From NCBI GenBank assembly GCA_030431755.1, contig JAUIIK010000003.1, positions 1,770 through 65,769 of the forward strand: a stretch of DNA of 64,000 nt, given 5' to 3'. The translations under genes were made by a program, and so were the position numbers. The DNA is from Chloroflexia bacterium. Lineage in GTDB: Bacteria > Chloroflexota > Chloroflexia > Thermomicrobiales > CFX8. Positions 62,901 to 64,000 of the stretch are shown here, piece by piece (positions within the stretch are counted from its first letter, which is position 1; each line of letters begins with the position of its first letter). A model generated the notes under the pieces. That model made no database searches and was not told the origin of the DNA. It saw only the letters and a program-made list of their open reading frames with translations.

Positions 62901-63772
62901 GTGTTCGGCAGATGGCGCTGGCGTGGCAGCTAGAGGTGCATAGCACCCAGGCGCTGATTCTCGTGGCGCTGGCGGACCATGCCCAGGACGACGGCACGGG
63001 CGCGTACCCCAGCATGGAGTATCTCGCCTACAAGACGAATCTGACCGAGCGGAGCATCCAGCGCCATATGCGCGAGCTTGAAACGGCCGGAATCATCGAA
63101 GTGGTTGGCAACTGGCAGGGGGGCCGGGGACGGAAGCGAGAGTATCTGCTGCACCTCGAAAAGGGCGACAGAAAGCCACCCTTTGAGGACTGGCTAAGGG
63201 TGACAAATCGTCGCCCTTTGGAGACGGAAAAGGATGACAACCTGTCGCCCTTTGAGGACGTAAAGGGTGACATCGACGACATGGAAAGGGTGACATCCTG
63301 TCGTCAAAAGGGTGACATCCTGTCGCCCCCTATAGAGGAATCTCTTAACCGTCAGATTAACCGTCAGGTGGAACCAAGACCCGCGCGCGCGAACCAGCCT
63401 GTGCATTTCCTTGGTCCCCGAGACGAGACGGTGATGGTCGTGGTGGTGGCGTTCTTCAAGTCCAAGGGCACCGACATCGACGATCTGACCGATGCCTATC
63501 TCGCGGACCAGCACCGCGCCGCGGCCAGCATGCTCAATCAGGGCTATCCGCCCGACGACATCGTGCGTTGTGGGGCGTTCATGGCCTCGCAGACCTGGCG
63601 CACTAACCCCTTCGACCTGACCGATGTACGTGCCGTGATAGGAAAGTGGGCAGCCGATGGCAAGCCAGCACGCGAACGCAGTCGCACGGACCGACGCCCC
63701 CGTGGGGCGGACACCATTGACGCCGCTCGGGAGCTCTTCGACGAGGCGGAATCTGATCATGCTGGTCGCTGA
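62897..63772 (+). CDS. phage replication initiator-like protein (N-terminal winged HTH, internal repeat region)
   Basis: ALILVALADHAQDDGTGAYPSMEYLAYKTNLTERSIQRHMRELETAGIIEV is a typical PF13730-like HTH of phage/plasmid Rep proteins. The central KGD-rich repeats coincide with the DNA iterons. Confidence 0.7.
   Translation: MSVRQMALAWQLEVHSTQALILVALADHAQDDGTGAYPSMEYLAYKTNLTERSIQRHMRELETAGIIEVVGNWQGGRGRKREYLLHLEKGDRKPPFEDWLRVTNRRPLETEKDDNLSPFEDVKGDIDDMERVTSCRQKGDILSPPIEESLNRQINRQVEPRPARANQPVHFLGPRDETVMVVVVAFFKSKGTDIDDLTDAYLADQHRAAASMLNQGYPPDDIVRCGAFMASQTWRTNPFDLTDVRAVIGKWAADGKPARERSRTDRRPRGADTIDAARELFDEAESDHAGR
63161..63317 (+). repeat. iteron array (candidate origin) inside the replication gene
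   Basis: Six direct copies of AAGG[GA][TC]GACA at 63161, 63196, 63230, 63263, 63286 and 63308, interleaved with inverted copies (C[AG]CCCTTTG[AG]GGA). Two 18-mers AAAGGGTGACATCCTGTCG are identical. Confidence 0.7.
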
Positions 63773-64000
63773 GCTATCGCAATCGACGGTCGACCGGCGC
63801 GAGATGTCGAAGGCGCAGATCGACCACTGGGCGCGCATGTTCGCGAACCGGCTCGTCGACGAATGCGGCGGCACGGTTGTCGACGTCTTCACGGCCGCAA
63901 ACAAGCACCTGGAGGTCTCGCAGTACTTCCCGACGCTGAAGGACCTCATCCCGCTGGTCAAGACGATGGTCGAGCGCCGGCAGCGCTGGGAGTCGAGCGT
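63759..64000 (+). CDS. hypothetical phage protein, 5' partial (runs off window)
   Basis: Open frame from ATG 63759 to the window end with high GC3 (MLVAELSQSTVDRREMSKAQIDHWARMFANRLVDECGG...). It overlaps the end of the rep gene by 14 nt. Confidence 0.45.
   Translation, partial: MLVAELSQSTVDRREMSKAQIDHWARMFANRLVDECGGTVVDVFTAANKHLEVSQYFPTLKDLIPLVKTMVERRQRWESS

Larger units (their letters stand above)
54603..64000. mobile_element. prophage-like integrative element (left end; continues beyond window)
   Basis: A serine integrase abuts the broken comM, followed by a CI/Cro switch, small coupled genes, an HNH nuclease and a replication initiator with iterons. The right end is not in the window. 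Confidence 0.85.

Noticed and set aside
63194-63961. 255-aa ORF on the minus strand
   Set aside because: It is antisense to the Rep-like gene, whose N-terminal wHTH motif and coupling to the HNH gene support the plus strand.

Overview
About 62-64% GC bacterial chromosome. The lineage is a guess: the Tat-plus-lipobox lipoproteins with long acidic tethers and the GAAC-N4-GTTC SOS boxes are compatible with a Chloroflexota/Thermomicrobia-like or other monoderm-type organism, but I cannot verify this. Positions 1-54.6 kb are ordinary, densely packed chromosome. Contents in order: metE behind a clear SAM-I riboswitch; an SPFH-NfeD-flotillin operon; a hydrolase/CoA cluster (M20 amidohydrolase, three tandem beta-lactamase-fold serine hydrolases, family III CoA-transferase, crotonase); a REC-PAS-GGDEF-EAL protein; assorted peptidases and VOC enzymes; a COG4941-type ECF sigma factor; an ABC exporter; tRNA-Lys(UUU); pyruvate kinase; a tartrate/D-malate dehydrogenase-like gene with racemase and 2-hydroxyacid dehydrogenase; two tandem orphan family-5 solute-binding lipoproteins; a small membrane-protein gene behind three LexA-type boxes; and a polysaccharide cluster (phosphoglycosyl transferase, GT4, two Wzz/CapA-like proteins, a degenerate CapB-like ATPase). 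At about 54.6 kb a comM/yifB gene is cut at its Walker A loop by a prophage-like element that runs past the end of the window. That element carries a large serine recombinase, a lipoprotein moron, a CI/Cro-type switch with a palindromic operator, a 0.55-kb hairpin-rich stretch with weak coding signal, a chain of translationally coupled small genes, a minimal PolX-like nucleotidyltransferase, an HNH nuclease, and a winged-HTH replication initiator with internal iterons. I saw no CRISPR array, no transposase and no rRNA. All functional calls come from motif recognition in the supplied translations. No database search was run.
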